Both the position numbers and the translations under genes were made by a program. A stretch of 64,000 nucleotides of DNA from Gammaproteobacteria bacterium (GTDB lineage Bacteria; Pseudomonadota; Gammaproteobacteria; UBA4575). Numbering within the stretch: position 1 is the stretch's first letter; every line of letters starts with the position of its first letter. The notes under the pieces are model-generated. The model saw nothing but the letters and a program-made list of their open reading frames with translations, did not search any database and was not told where the DNA came from. Location: assembly GCA_965221955.1 (NCBI GenBank), contig CBDCTA010000017.1, positions 8,649 to 72,648 on the forward strand. The letters are read 5' to 3'. This document shows positions 44,577 to 56,603 of the stretch, in pieces.

Positions 44577-45515
44577 ATGGATAAAATCAAATTTGTATTG
44601 GTTACGGGATTATTTTTTATTGCCTCAATACTTCTCACTGCATGCGGCGGTGGTGGCGGTGGAGGTTCTTCCAGCAGTGGCCCAGGAACCGGTGAAGTAA
44701 GCTTTGCGATAACCGACTCACCTGTTTCCAATGCAGTAAGCGTTGTTATTCTTGTTGCAGGAATAGAACTGAATCCTGAAAACGGTGAACGCATTAGCTA
44801 TACCTTTGATGAACCCAAGTCCATCGACTTATTACAATTACAAGGGAACGAGTTCGAACAGCTTATTACCGATGAAACCGTAGTTGCAGGAAAATATACT
44901 TGGGCACGGTTAGATGTGATTGCAGAACAAGGTAATGACCAAGACTCGTATATTATTTTAAATGATAACAGTCGCTTTTCTTTACGCATTCCCAGCAACG
45001 AACAATCAGGCTTAAAAGTAAACACCAATTTTGATGTAGAACAAAATGGTTCTACGTATTACACCATCGATTTTGATTTAAAAAAATCAGTACATGACCC
45101 ACAAGGTACACCGGATTACATCCTTCGCCCTACGTTACGCTTAGTAAAAAATGAACTCGTGGGTTCTATTTCAGGTACCGTTGACCCAGAATTAGTTATG
45201 GCAGAGAACTGTGTAGACTCTGGCGGGCAAGATGATGCGGTGTATGTCTATAGTGGTTTACAAGTTTCTCCTGATGACATTGATGGCATCGACCCAGAAC
45301 CGGTAAGCACCGCTAATGTAACGTTAGATCCCAATGATGGTATGTATAAATACACCGCAGGGTTTCTTGAGCAAGGTGATTACACTGTAGCATTTACTTG
45401 CCAAGCATCAAACGACATGCCAGATGTGGACGATGCCATTGAATTTGTAATGCCAATGGATGCACCCGTAGTTGCAGGTGAAACGACAACCGTTAATTTT
45501 GTTGTGGTGCAGTAA
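44577..45515 (+). CDS. DUF4382-like lipoprotein
   Basis: LTAC lipobox, Gly/Ser linker, ITDSP, IDLLQLQG, IDFDLKKS, YILRPTLR. Confidence 0.85.
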   Translation: MDKIKFVLVTGLFFIASILLTACGGGGGGGSSSSGPGTGEVSFAITDSPVSNAVSVVILVAGIELNPENGERISYTFDEPKSIDLLQLQGNEFEQLITDETVVAGKYTWARLDVIAEQGNDQDSYIILNDNSRFSLRIPSNEQSGLKVNTNFDVEQNGSTYYTIDFDLKKSVHDPQGTPDYILRPTLRLVKNELVGSISGTVDPELVMAENCVDSGGQDDAVYVYSGLQVSPDDIDGIDPEPVSTANVTLDPNDGMYKYTAGFLEQGDYTVAFTCQASNDMPDVDDAIEFVMPMDAPVVAGETTTVNFVVVQ

Positions 45516-45519
45516 AATT

Positions 45520-47353
45520 ATCAAAAAGCCCATTGATTTTCTAGATTTTCTACAATTTTTTCGCCTAATGTTTTCTCTAATTCTGATTTATAGTCATTGT
45601 TAAGAATTGAGGTTTGTGGATTATCATAAAGCATTTGTAAAACAACCTATAATTTTGATAGTTCAATATCGTATCGGCCCATTCTTTCAATCCAGCAATA
45701 TACTTGTTGTTACTGTAACACTAGGGATATCTATCAATTAGAACATTTATTGCATCTACATAAATATTAATATCTATTAAATCTTCAATTGTACAATCTT
45801 CACCAATAGAATCAATATTAAGTATTAAATTTACAATACCTGTCACTTTCCTAACTCTTTACGTAAATTTTCTCCTCCAGGATCACAGTCAACTAGATAC
45901 GCTACTGAGTACCAAGAGCATCTAACTTTGGTAAATCTTTTGACTTTACATTTGCTAACCCAGGAACAATTTGAAAACCTAGATGCTCTACACTTGCTTC
46001 CTAAAAAGAGTTGTAATAAAATCATTTCTGTTATCCCCTCAACAACTAGAGCTTTACGTGTTGGGAAAAATGCAAGTGTTTTTGCGCCCATACCTATCAA
46101 TATAGGCATAAACCCAAGATCTTTACTTGCCCAAAATTTATTGATTATTTTGCTTTCAAGATCAACCTCATTTGTTGAAGACACCATCTAACAGAGTTCC
46201 TAAATCTTCAGGCAGGCAGCCTGCAGAATGTGTTTAAACAATTTTTGAGGCAATCTTTTGCCTTGCAAACATTTGTATCAAAGCTTGGCCATCATAATGT
46301 AAATGTTGTTCAGCCTCGTCAACTAAAAGATTGGCAATAGTTAAATCTCGTGAAGTAAATGCTCTCAATGCAACAAACTGCCTAAGGCCATCACTTCTTT
46401 CAGTTAAGGTTGAAATCTTTTTCGAATCTGCATATTTAATATGAATTTTTAAAAGTTCGCTTTCCACATAAAATGCTACTTCTATATAGACTGTGACCAT
46501 GTTTTTCTAAATACTTTTTCTAAATTTCGATTTGCATCTTCTATAATCTGTTGTATTTCCGCAGATGATTTTTTCTTAATAGCATCATTTAAATACTTAA
46601 ATCTTCACCATTACTATTAGATCCAATGGCTTTGGAGGAGCTGATACAACTTGATCAACGACATACTCCTTTTAATTCTCTTTGTTCATTTGTGAAATCA
46701 AGTATTGCCGGCAACCTTTGCTTAAGTATATTTTCAGCAAATTTTGTTGGATTTAGTTTCTTTTCCAACTCAGCAGTTTCTTTTAATTTATCAGGTAATT
46801 CTTTTGCTGCAGCAGGTGCTTTTTTTGATAAATGAGTCTCCAAAAAATAGAAGAGAGACTTTCCATACTATTTGTAACACCAGTGCCTAGATCCTCAGCT
46901 TCTGTAGCTATTTGTTTTGCTAAAGTTTCTTTATATATTTTCGTTGACCTTTTCAAGATCCTTTATTACTTGTTTACTTTTTAATACAACTTCAATGTCT
47001 TTTGGTCTCTATGAGAAATTTCACGTACATTTGGTTTAGGATCAAACACGTAGCTCCTTTGACCATTCTTACTTTTTTCGACACGAAGCCAAGTAGAAAC
47101 GTTTAAATTTGCGTCCTTGAATCAGATTCATTTAAGTAATAATTGCCAACTATCCTAGTTTCATCGTGGTCTCCCCTGGGAATATCTAATGGGTTGATAG
47201 GTTCATTATTATCTAAATGTTGAATTGCCTGTAGCACGGTACTTTTCCCAGCCTCATTCCGACCAAGTAATGCAATTAATTTGCCTGTTAAGGCAAGTTT
47301 TGACGCTTGCCTAAATCTTCTAAATCCACAAATTTCGACTGAAAATAATTCCC
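45520..47353 (-). pseudogene. Decayed OLD-family ABC-ATPase + TOPRIM nuclease gene
   Basis: Fragments in order: ELFSVEICGFRRF...LLGRNEAGKST (Walker A), RSDGLRQF, LLVDEAEQHLH (Walker B), VVEGITE and YLVDCD (TOPRIM); many frameshifts and stops; no start codon. Confidence 0.82.
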
Positions 47354-47419
47354 TTTACTAATTTTTAACTCGTTAATTTAATATTGTTGGTTTTAACCCA
47401 ACCAATAGATTTTTATAAC

Positions 47420-47603
47420 AGCGCATTACATCACACTGAGAAGCGCAAGATATTTTCAGATTAAGGCGAGCAGTGTTTGAGCATAGCGAGTTTGCGAAGC
47501 CGCTGAAAATATCGAGCATCGCAAGATCAAGTGATGTTAGCTCAAATGGTTTTGGGAACTGCCGTAACAAAAGTTCCTCGACCCTGGGTTCGAGAACCCA
47601 GCA
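47420..47603. repeat. Structured MITE-like intergenic element
   Basis: Nested inverted repeats ACATCAC/GTGATGT and GATATTTTCAG/CTGAAAATATC, then GGAACT/AGTTCC and CTGGGTT/AACCCAG hairpins. Confidence 0.65.
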
Positions 47604-47665
47604 ACAAAATAAAAACAACAACCATGCTATTCCCCCTCAACCTTCGTTTAAAAACTCTTCCGCAA

Positions 47666-47712
47666 CAGAAATTATGCTCCTGCAAAGCACTTCCACCCTC
47701 CATGGCGGTCGT
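47666..47712 (+). repeat. REP-like mini-element overlapping the transporter 3' end
   Basis: TGCTCCTGCA..GCACTTCCACC-ctccat-GGCGGTCGT; same family as 31609-31705 and 61737-61787. Confidence 0.8.
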
Positions 47713-48991
47713 TCTTAAAGCCCGTGCTTGCTTGCAATATACCAGTCTCTCCCTCCGTCCTTCCAATAATCACCGCCCCACATGAATCACTAAACACATT
47801 CACTGCGGTTCTGCACATATCCAACACTCTATCCACCGCCAATATCAAACCAATCCCTTCCGCTGGCAAACCTATAGCAGCCAAGATAATCGCAATGGCC
47901 ACTAAACTTGCAGAAGGAATGCCTGCTACACCAATGGAGGTCATGAGCGCCAAAATAACAATCGTTACTTGCATACCTATAGTTAAATCCAGCCCATACG
48001 CTTGTGCAATAAAAATGGCTGCAACACATTCATACAATGCAGTGCCATCCATATTCACTGTGGCACCGAGTGGTAATACAAAACTGGTAACCCTATTTGA
48101 AACCCCTGCACGGTCCTCCACACAATCAATCGTCACCGGAAGCGTTGCGGAAGAGGATGCAGTAGAAAACGCAGTGAGTAACGCCGGCGCCATGGCTTGG
48201 TAATGTTTTAGCGGACTGACACCACCCACAAAACGCAATAACAATGGCATAACGATCACAATATGGATGAGCAGTGCGATAATTACAGTAAAGAAAAATA
48301 CTAACAGCGGTTTAAACGCATCAAAGCCTGAAACCGTGACCACTTTTGCAACGAGTGCAAACACTCCGATGGGCGCAAATTTCATTACTAAATCTGTAAT
48401 GAGCATCATCACATCAAACACACCTTGCCAAAACGTTTGCAGCACTTTTTGTGTGTCGAGTTTTATGCGCGTCATAAAAAAACCAAACAACAAGCTGAAA
48501 AAGATGATGCCGAGCATTTGACCTTCTGCGGCGGCATGCACAATGTTAGTAGGAATCATGCGTAGGAAAATGCCTACAACATCTCCTGCTGTTTTACCTT
48601 CAACTTTTTCCATCACCTCACTGGTGTCTGCACTGAGGCCCAACATATCTTTTGCAGGCTCGCCATCTACTATGCCGGGTTGAACCACATTGACGACTGC
48701 AATACCAATTAAAATTGCGAAGGTGCTGGTGAGCACATAGTAACCAAGTGTTTTGCCTCCTAAACGCCCAAATGATTCACCTGAACCTAAGTTGCTGACC
48801 CCCATAATGATGGAGGAGACAATCAACGGCACGATGATCATCTTCAAGGCATTGAGGAAAAGTTTGCCGACGAAATCGAAAACTGAAACGAGTGATATAC
48901 CGAAAATGCTTGTATCAGGGCTAACTAACCAACCGACAAGCACGGCAAGGAGCAGTGCGATTAAAATTTGCCAATGGAGCTTAAGCTGCAT
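47672..48991 (-). CDS. Dicarboxylate/amino acid:cation symporter (DAACS)
   Basis: FSTASSSATLP, LPLGATVNMDGTALY, DRVLDMCRTAVNV. Confidence 0.95.
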   Translation of the reverse strand: MQLKLHWQILIALLLAVLVGWLVSPDTSIFGISLVSVFDFVGKLFLNALKMIIVPLIVSSIIMGVSNLGSGESFGRLGGKTLGYYVLTSTFAILIGIAVVNVVQPGIVDGEPAKDMLGLSADTSEVMEKVEGKTAGDVVGIFLRMIPTNIVHAAAEGQMLGIIFFSLLFGFFMTRIKLDTQKVLQTFWQGVFDVMMLITDLVMKFAPIGVFALVAKVVTVSGFDAFKPLLVFFFTVIIALLIHIVIVMPLLLRFVGGVSPLKHYQAMAPALLTAFSTASSSATLPVTIDCVEDRAGVSNRVTSFVLPLGATVNMDGTALYECVAAIFIAQAYGLDLTIGMQVTIVILALMTSIGVAGIPSASLVAIAIILAAIGLPAEGIGLILAVDRVLDMCRTAVNVFSDSCGAVIIGRTEGETGILQASTGFKNDRHGGWKCFAGA

Positions 48992-49048
48992 GGGGGCCTA
49001 GTATATAGAAAAACGATCTAGAAGACCTGACAATACTAGAAATTAGAT

Positions 49049-50962
49049 TTATTGAGATATGACTTGGCTTTCGAAGATTTTGACATCGCCTTCGGCTTTG
49101 ATGGCATCAATCACTGCTGAAAATTCACGACGACCATAATTTACGCGCTGCGAAAGTTGTTGAGCTTTAGCGTCGTCCACCTCTGCTGATCCAGGCGTAA
49201 CCGCACTTAATTCAATCAGCGCAAAACTACCATCTGCTTGCGCAACACCTTCTGCACTGGTTTTACCTTCTGCAGGTTTTGGCATTGAGAAGGCACGATC
49301 ACTAATTTGAAATGGCACGCGATTGTCGTCACGGCGGATTGCGCCATGCCCAACCACTTCTAAGTTATTTTCACTCGCGAGTGTATCTAGACTTGCGCCG
49401 CCTTTGAGTTTTAAGAATAGTTCAGAACCTTGTTTGCTCGCATTCTCTGCTGCTTTGCGAATCCTTAACAAATTTTTAATATCATCGCTTATCTCTGCAA
49501 GCGGTTGTTGTTCTGATACTTTATGTTCCGTCACACGAAATGCGATGGCATGACCATCTGCTACTTGAATTAAATCACTGTTCAGTTTTTCAACCAGCAC
49601 GTCATCTGAAAAGGCTAGGTTTTTAATTTTCGGATAAGCAAAAATGCCATCATTATCATTAGAAGTTAAGAATTCCGTTTGTTTGATAGGTAAATCAAAA
49701 CTTTCTGAGGCTTCTTCTAAGTCATCCGGTTGTTCAACCACGAGGTTCGCGATTTCATCTGCAATTTCAATAAAGCGTGCTTGCGCAAGTTGGCCTTTGC
49801 GTTCGTTGATAATTTTTTCACGAACAGATTCAAATGGCTGTTGTTTTGGTTCTTCAATTTCTACGAGTTGTAGTATTTGCACGCCCTGCTCTGTACGCAC
49901 AGGTTTACTATTCTCTCCAATTTCAAGAGCAAATAATGCATCTTCTAAATCTTTGCTCGTGAAATCGCCTGGTGCGATAAAGCCCATGTCACCACCTTTT
50001 TCTGCCGACAAGGTATCTTCAGAATGTTGTTTCGCGAGTTCAGCAAAATCTGCGCCGTCTTTTAATTGTTGAACAAGACCATTTGCCTTTTCCATGGCTT
50101 CGTCCCACTCAATGGCATCTGCACCAAGCTCGCTAGGTACCTTAAACATAATATGACGTGCTTTGCGCAACTCTGCTGACATATAACGCTCAAGCTGAGC
50201 TTCGTAAATGCTTTTTGCCTCATCCGTACTTACATTGATGCTATCGGCAATGTCTTGCTCTTTGAGTTCTACGTAAGCCAATTTCACTTGCTCAGGCGTT
50301 TGAAAGAACTGTTGGTTTTCGTTGTAATACTTTTCAATTTCTTCTTCGCTTACTGTAACTTCATCTGGTTGTACGCTGACTAATGCATATTTAAAGTCAC
50401 GTGTTTGTTCTGTGATGGATTGAAAGCGTTGTAGTTCTGACTTGGGGATAAAAGACGAAGCGGCTAAAGCGTTTTCGAATTGGCGAAGCTTATCCTCTTC
50501 ACGTAATTCATTTTCCCATTGCGCTTGATTCAAACGTTGTGAATCCAGTAAGCGTTTATATAGTTCTGGGTCAAACTTGCCGTCTTTTTGAAACTGTGGA
50601 ATTTGTTGAATGCGTTTAATTAAACCGGTATCGCTAATTGCAAACCCTGCATCATCCACTTCCTGGCGCAACAGTTCGGTTTGCACCATGTCTTGAACCA
50701 CTTGCTGACGCAAGATGTTTTCATCTGGGTATTGCTGTTGATAATTTTCACCCAGAATGGATTGCAACATTTGTTTGCGTTGCTGAACTTGTTGGTTTAA
50801 TTGTGCTGAAGTGATGTCATTACCATTAATCGTAGCGACAGGTCGCGCAGGGCCGCCACCAAAGTATTCTCCAATGCCCCATAGAGCAAAGGACAAAATT
50901 AAAAGGCCAATAATGATATAGGCCACCCAACTGGTGGCCCTATCTCGAATATCTTGCAACAT
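49049..50962 (-). CDS. ppiD: Periplasmic chaperone/PPIase PpiD
   Basis: MLQDIRD N-terminal TM, SurA-N domain, parvulin FAELAKQHSED..GGDMGF; downstream of hupB. Confidence 0.93.
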   Translation of the reverse strand: MLQDIRDRATSWVAYIIIGLLILSFALWGIGEYFGGGPARPVATINGNDITSAQLNQQVQQRKQMLQSILGENYQQQYPDENILRQQVVQDMVQTELLRQEVDDAGFAISDTGLIKRIQQIPQFQKDGKFDPELYKRLLDSQRLNQAQWENELREEDKLRQFENALAASSFIPKSELQRFQSITEQTRDFKYALVSVQPDEVTVSEEEIEKYYNENQQFFQTPEQVKLAYVELKEQDIADSINVSTDEAKSIYEAQLERYMSAELRKARHIMFKVPSELGADAIEWDEAMEKANGLVQQLKDGADFAELAKQHSEDTLSAEKGGDMGFIAPGDFTSKDLEDALFALEIGENSKPVRTEQGVQILQLVEIEEPKQQPFESVREKIINERKGQLAQARFIEIADEIANLVVEQPDDLEEASESFDLPIKQTEFLTSNDNDGIFAYPKIKNLAFSDDVLVEKLNSDLIQVADGHAIAFRVTEHKVSEQQPLAEISDDIKNLLRIRKAAENASKQGSELFLKLKGGASLDTLASENNLEVVGHGAIRRDDNRVPFQISDRAFSMPKPAEGKTSAEGVAQADGSFALIELSAVTPGSAEVDDAKAQQLSQRVNYGRREFSAVIDAIKAEGDVKIFESQVISQ

Positions 50963-51060
50963 GATTACGTTACTTTTTCTACTTTTCTCACTATTCAGCT
51001 GTCACACATGCATTCTGGTAATGCATGCTGATGGGTCGCTATTTATTTTTTGGGAATAAA

Positions 51061-51137
51061 TGGCGGAGTGGACGGGATTCGAACCCGCGACCCCCGGCGT
51101 GACAGGCCGGTATTCTAACCAGCTGAACTACCACTCC
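51061..51137 (-). tRNA. tRNA-Asp(GTC)
   Basis: GGAGTGGTAGTTCAG...CCTGTCACG...GGTTCGAATCCCGTCCACTCCGCCA. Confidence 0.97.
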
Positions 51138-51145
51138 GTCATGCT

Positions 51146-51221
51146 TGGTGGGTGCTGAGGGATTCGAACCCCCGACATCCGCCTTGTAAGGGCGACGCTC
51201 TACCAGCTGAGCTAAGCACCC
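51146..51221 (-). tRNA. tRNA-Val(TAC)
   Basis: GGGTGCTTAGCTCAG...CTTACAAG...GGTTCGAATCCCTCAGCACCCACCA. Confidence 0.97.
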
Positions 51222-51232
51222 CAAAAGGCGCG

Positions 51233-51505
51233 CTAGTTTACGGCATCCTTCAAACCTTTGCCAGCCTTGAAGCTAGGTACTTTTGAAGCTGCAATTTGGA
51301 TTGTCTCGCCGGTACGAGGGTTACGGCCTGTGCGGGCATTACGTTGCTTCACCTGAAAGGTTCCAAAGCCTACTAATGAGACCGTATCACCACTTTTCAG
51401 TGTATTCGTGATGGAATCTATAACCGCATCCAGTGCACGTGCACCATCCGCTTTAGAAAGGCCTGCCGCTTCTGCTACGGCTTCTGCTAGTTCCGATTTA
51501 TTCAT
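51233..51505 (-). CDS. hupB: DNA-binding protein HU
   Basis: [21 protein letters not shown]. Confidence 0.96.
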   Translation of the reverse strand: MNKSELAEAVAEAAGLSKADGARALDAVIDSITNTLKSGDTVSLVGFGTFQVKQRNARTGRNPRTGETIQIAASKVPSFKAGKGLKDAVN

Positions 51506-51679
51506 TGAGCCATGCTCCCCTATATAGGTTGATACAGCCGGTTATAGCTGTACGTTGACATAAATGTAAGAGACGGGTGTTCGCAAATCTCTGAGTGACC
51601 ACACGAGATAGGCAAAGAACAGATTGTTGGTCGTTGTATATTGATGATCGCGTAGTTATTTAGATCATTGAACGCAAGT

Positions 51680-51709
51680 GTTATACCAAGCGCTTCCGAG
51701 GCGAGTCAA
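51680..51709 (-). promoter_or_regulatory. Sigma-70 promoter of hupB-tRNA unit
   Basis: TTGACT-N18-TATAAC with extended -10 TG. Confidence 0.6.
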
Positions 51710-51767
51710 CCAAGGAAACGCCTTTATTTACAACAAATTTACTTGAGAAAACTCAACGAGTGTGCCT

Positions 51768-54212
51768 TCAATGAGCCTGAACTGGCTTGTTTTTAGCTCC
51801 GCCTTTTTTGCGTTTTGTTTGCATGCTATCGATCGTATCCGCATCATCAAGTGGTTCTGGCATCTTTACCAGTGCAACTTGAAGCACTTCATCAATCCAC
51901 TGAACTGGAATGATTTCAAGCTTTTGCTTGATATTCTTCGGAATCTCACTTAAATCTTTTTCGTTTTCTTTAGGAATCAAAACGGTTTTGATTTCACCAC
52001 GGTGAGCGGCCAAAAGCTTCTCTTTTAAGCCACCAATTGGTAGCACTTCTCCACGTAAAGTGATCTCTCCGGTCATGGCAACATCTGCACGCACCGGGAT
52101 TTTAGTAAGTGATGAAACGATCGCTGTAGTCATGCCAATACCTGCACTTGGGCCATCTTTCTTCACCGCACCCTCTGGCACGTGGATGTGAATATCGGCT
52201 TTTTCATAAAAATCCGACTCGATGCCAAGCACTGCTGCACGGCTGCGTACCACGGTGTGGGCCACTTGAATGGATTCTTGCATAACATCTTCCAGCTGAC
52301 CGGTGCGACTGGTTTTACCTTTACCTGGCACCACAACGGCTTCGATGGTCAGTAATTCACCACCGACTTCCGTCCATGCCAATCCGGTAACTTGACCGAC
52401 TTGGTCATTATCTTCCGCTAAGCCGTAACGGAAACGTTTTACGCCAAGATATTTTTCTAAGCTGCGTGGTGTGATAGTAATTTTAGATTTATCTTTACCT
52501 TTATCTAAGATAATTGACTTCACTACTTTGCGACAAATTTTTGAAATTTCGCGTTCTAAGTTACGCACACCGGCTTCACGGGTGTAATACCGAATAATGT
52601 CACGCACAGTTGATTCTGAAATTTGAATTTCATCTTCTTTAAGACCGTTCGCTTTCAGCGCTTTTGGCACAAGATAGCGAATCGCAATATTTTTCTTTTC
52701 ATCTTCGGTATAACCCGGCAAACGAATCACTTCCATACGGTCTAACAAAGGACCAGGAATATTCAATGTATTTGCGGTCGCCACAAACATGACATCGGAT
52801 AAATCGTAATCTACTTCTAAGTAATGATCTGCAAACGTATGGTTTTGCTCTGGATCGAGCACTTCCAACATCGCCGATGCGGGATCGCCTCGAAAATCCA
52901 TCGCCATTTTGTCTATTTCATCTAACAAAAATAACGGATTGCGCACTTCAACCTTAGATAGATTCTGAATAATTTTACCCGGCAGTGATCCAATATAGGT
53001 TCTGCGGTGACCGCGAATCTCCGCTTCATCACGCACACCCCCTAAAGACATACGCGAGAACTTGCGATTAGTTGCTCGCGCAATGGATTTACCAATTGAA
53101 GTTTTACCAACACCTGGAGGTCCAACTAAACAAAGAATCGGTCCTTTAGACTTTTTAACTCGTTGCTGTACGGCTAGGTATTCAAGAATTCGCTCTTTTA
53201 CTTTTTCAAGCCCGTAATGATCTTCTTCTAAGATTTCTTCGGCTTTTACAAGATCATTGCGTACCTTTGACTTTTTCTTCCAAGGCACACTTACAAGCCA
53301 ATCAATATAGTTGCGCACCACCGTGGCCTCAGCAGACATGGGTGACATCATCTTTAATTTGTTTAGTTCGGTATCCGCTTTTTCTTTCGCCTCTTTCGAC
53401 ATACCTGCTTTTTCAATCTTCTCAGCCAGTTCATCGACTTCATTAGGCGCTTCTTCCAATTCACCCAGCTCTTTTTGAATGGCTTTCATTTGCTCATTCA
53501 AATAATACTCACGCTGAGATTTTTCCATTTGTTGTTTAACACGACCACGGATACGTTTTTCAATTTGTAAAACGTCTAACTCGCCTTCGATTAAACTAAT
53601 AAGGTGTTCTAAACGAAGCTGTACAGTTCTGATTTCCAACACATGTTGCTTTTCATCTAGCTTTAACGACATGTGTGCCGCAATGGTATCTGCAAGACGT
53701 GAAGGTTCATCAATACCTGCTAACGAAGTTAAAACTTCCGGGGGTACTTTTTTGTTTAGCTTTACGTATTGTTCAAATAAATTGGTTACAGAGCGTGCCA
53801 ATACTTCAAGTTCTTTATCGTCTTCTGTGTCATCACTTTCAATTAAAGCAATATTAGCACTGTAAAATTCTTGATCATCTAAATAACGTGTAACTTCTGC
53901 ACGCTCTACACCTTCTACTAGCACTTTGATCGTGCCATCAGGAAGTTTAAGTAATTGCAGAATGGTTGAGAGTGTTCCGATTTGGTGGATCTCATCAATC
54001 TGTGGATCATCAATTTCAGCACTCTTTTGTGCAACCAATAAAATTTGTTTGTTATCCGACATCGCCGCATCCAACGCTTGAATGGATTTTTCACGGCCGA
54101 CAAACAAAGGAATGACCATGTGCGGATACACCACGACATCGCGTAGTGGTAGCACGGGTACTGTCTGGTTAGACATTATTGGGGTGTCCTTTGATATTGA
54201 ATCTTCACTCAT
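51768..54212 (-). CDS. lon: Lon protease
   Basis: [28 protein letters not shown]. Confidence 0.99.
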   Translation of the reverse strand: MSEDSISKDTPIMSNQTVPVLPLRDVVVYPHMVIPLFVGREKSIQALDAAMSDNKQILLVAQKSAEIDDPQIDEIHQIGTLSTILQLLKLPDGTIKVLVEGVERAEVTRYLDDQEFYSANIALIESDDTEDDKELEVLARSVTNLFEQYVKLNKKVPPEVLTSLAGIDEPSRLADTIAAHMSLKLDEKQHVLEIRTVQLRLEHLISLIEGELDVLQIEKRIRGRVKQQMEKSQREYYLNEQMKAIQKELGELEEAPNEVDELAEKIEKAGMSKEAKEKADTELNKLKMMSPMSAEATVVRNYIDWLVSVPWKKKSKVRNDLVKAEEILEEDHYGLEKVKERILEYLAVQQRVKKSKGPILCLVGPPGVGKTSIGKSIARATNRKFSRMSLGGVRDEAEIRGHRRTYIGSLPGKIIQNLSKVEVRNPLFLLDEIDKMAMDFRGDPASAMLEVLDPEQNHTFADHYLEVDYDLSDVMFVATANTLNIPGPLLDRMEVIRLPGYTEDEKKNIAIRYLVPKALKANGLKEDEIQISESTVRDIIRYYTREAGVRNLEREISKICRKVVKSIILDKGKDKSKITITPRSLEKYLGVKRFRYGLAEDNDQVGQVTGLAWTEVGGELLTIEAVVVPGKGKTSRTGQLEDVMQESIQVAHTVVRSRAAVLGIESDFYEKADIHIHVPEGAVKKDGPSAGIGMTTAIVSSLTKIPVRADVAMTGEITLRGEVLPIGGLKEKLLAAHRGEIKTVLIPKENEKDLSEIPKNIKQKLEIIPVQWIDEVLQVALVKMPEPLDDADTIDSMQTKRKKGGAKNKPVQAH

Positions 54213-54297
54213 ATGTTTCGCTTACCTATTTAGGTGATGATTTAGTTGAATAAATCAATTAATAATGAAGTTAAGAGATATGGGTTGATACATCAAA

Positions 54298-54327
54298 ATA
54301 TGGGGATATTTTGAAGGGAATTCAAGG
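54298..54327 (-). promoter_or_regulatory. Sigma-32 promoter of lon
   Basis: CCTTGAA-ttcccttcaaaatat-CCCCATAT on the minus strand. Confidence 0.85.
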
Positions 54328-54391
54328 TCAGCAAGGCTGACTGTGTACATAATTGAGCTCAAAAGAGTCAATTTGCTCAAAATTTGAACAT

Positions 54392-55675
54392 TTAGTCGTC
54401 CGACGCAGCCTTTTCGTATTCACTGCCTTCATAAATCAGATACGGCTTCGAATCGCCCAAAATCACGCCCTCATCGACCACTACCTTACTGATGCTATCT
54501 TGCGAAGGTAAGTCGTACATAGTGTCGAGTAAAACGTTTTCTAGAATGGTTCGTAGACCTCTAGCACCAGTTTTACGATCCATGGCTTTGCGTGCCACGG
54601 CGTACAAGGCGTTTTCACGAAACTCGATATCCACGCCTTCCATTTCAAACAAGCGTTTGTATTGTTTGGTGATTGCATTTTTAGGTTCGGTAAGAATGCG
54701 TACCAAAGCTTCTTCATTTAGCTCTTCAAGAGTTGCCACAACGGGCAAGCGACCCACAAACTCTGGAATCAATCCATAACGGATTAGGTCTTCCGGTTCT
54801 ACGTTATGCAGAATCTCACCAATGTTTTCACGATTGTCTTTACTACGCACTTCTGCAGCGAAGCCAATGCCGCCTTTTTCAGTACGATCACGAATGACTT
54901 TATCTAAACCTGCAAACGCACCACCACAAATAAATAAAATGTTACTGGTATCTACTTGTAAAAATTCTTGTTGTGGATGTTTTCTACCACCTTGAGGAGG
55001 AACCGATGCAATGGTGCCCTCAATTAATTTAAGTAAAGCTTGTTGTACACCTTCACCTGAAACATCGCGTGTAATCGAAGGGTTGTCAGACTTGCGAGAA
55101 ATTTTATCGATCTCATCGATGTAAACAATTCCAGTTTGCGCTTTATCTACATCGTAATCACACTTCTGTAATAACTTTTGGATAATATTTTCTACATCTT
55201 CACCAACATAACCTGCTTCAGTAAGTGTGGTTGCATCAGCAATCGTAAATGGAACATTTAGCAAACGCGCTAAGGTTTCTGCAAGTAATGTTTTACCTGA
55301 ACCAGTAGGACCTACTAAAAGAATATTACTCTTTGCAAGTTCAACTGCATTCTTACTAGAAACTTTTGCATCTAAACGTTTGTAGTGGTTATACACTGCA
55401 ACTGATAAGACTTTCTTTGCGCGATCTTGTCCAATTACGTATTCATCTAGAATCGTATTGATCTCGATTGGTTTTGGAAGTTTTGTTGTGCCTGCAGGAG
55501 ATTGATCTTGCATCTCCTCGCGAATAATGTCGTTACATAGCTCGACACATTCATCGCAGATAAATACAGATGGCCCGGCAATAAGCTTGCGAACTTCGTG
55601 TTGGCTCTTTCCACAAAAAGAGCAATACAGCAGCTTGCCGCTATCCTGGTCCTTGGTTGTTGTATCGTCACTCAT
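54392..55675 (-). CDS. clpX: ClpX ATPase
   Basis: CSFCGKSQ zinc finger, [18 protein letters not shown]. Confidence 0.99.
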   Translation of the reverse strand: MSDDTTTKDQDSGKLLYCSFCGKSQHEVRKLIAGPSVFICDECVELCNDIIREEMQDQSPAGTTKLPKPIEINTILDEYVIGQDRAKKVLSVAVYNHYKRLDAKVSSKNAVELAKSNILLVGPTGSGKTLLAETLARLLNVPFTIADATTLTEAGYVGEDVENIIQKLLQKCDYDVDKAQTGIVYIDEIDKISRKSDNPSITRDVSGEGVQQALLKLIEGTIASVPPQGGRKHPQQEFLQVDTSNILFICGGAFAGLDKVIRDRTEKGGIGFAAEVRSKDNRENIGEILHNVEPEDLIRYGLIPEFVGRLPVVATLEELNEEALVRILTEPKNAITKQYKRLFEMEGVDIEFRENALYAVARKAMDRKTGARGLRTILENVLLDTMYDLPSQDSISKVVVDEGVILGDSKPYLIYEGSEYEKAASDD

Positions 55676-55949
55676 CGAAGCTTATCGCACATCCTCTGAT
55701 GTACATTAGATGCTTATATTTGAATTAAGTTTAATGTGGAAATATCGATTATCTTTAAAGATAACCCCCTCTAGTTAGTTCTCACTATACGCTTATTTCC
55801 ATCAATATGCAGCGTACCCAAACCACACATTTTGAACAAATTTTGAGCTATTTTACAACTTATTGATTCAAAGTTGGTTCTTGTTTGTACTATATCGTCA
55901 AAATATCGTAAAACTTAAGCAATCACGTGGCTAAATGCTTTAATTTGCT

Positions 55950-56594
55950 TTATTCCTGAGATTTTTCCTTGCGTTTATCGAGCACTTCATCGATTAACCC
56001 ATATTCTTTTGCGGTTTGGCTATCCATAAAGTTATCACGCTCAGTATCTTCTGCTATACGATCAACAGATTGTCCTGTGTGTTTCGCCAAAATATTATTT
56101 AACTCTTCACGAATTTTTAAAATTTCACGCGCATGAATATCAATATCTGTTGCTTGTCCTTGAAAACCACCTAAGGGTTGGTGAATCATGGCTCGCGAAT
56201 GTGGTAATGCATAACGTTTACCTTTTGCACCACCTGCAAGAAGCAGCGCACCCATACTAGCAGCTTGGCCAATACATAAAGTACTAATATCAGGGTTGGT
56301 GAATTGCATGGTGTCATAAATTGCCATGCCAGCCGTTACTGATCCACCAGGTGAATTGATATATACCGAAATATCTTTATCGGGATTTTCAGATTCTAAA
56401 AATAGTAGCTGTGCAACTACTAAGTTGGCCATTTGGTCTTCAATTGGTCCAACAATAAAAATTACACGTTCTTTTAATAAACGCGAATAAATATCATAAG
56501 CACGTTCACCACGCGCAGATTGTTCAACCACCATGGGCACAAGATTAAGTGCCTGCGTATTTAACGCACTATCTTTAGAATTTGAGTTTGCCAT
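55950..56594 (-). CDS. clpP: ClpP protease
   Basis: [20 protein letters not shown]. Confidence 0.99.
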   Translation of the reverse strand: MANSNSKDSALNTQALNLVPMVVEQSARGERAYDIYSRLLKERVIFIVGPIEDQMANLVVAQLLFLESENPDKDISVYINSPGGSVTAGMAIYDTMQFTNPDISTLCIGQAASMGALLLAGGAKGKRYALPHSRAMIHQPLGGFQGQATDIDIHAREILKIREELNNILAKHTGQSVDRIAEDTERDNFMDSQTAKEYGLIDEVLDKRKEKSQE

Positions 56595-56603
56595 ATTCGA
56601 TTC

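Noticed and set aside
51039-51224. 61-aa ORF
   Set aside because: Spurious translation across tRNA-Val and tRNA-Asp.
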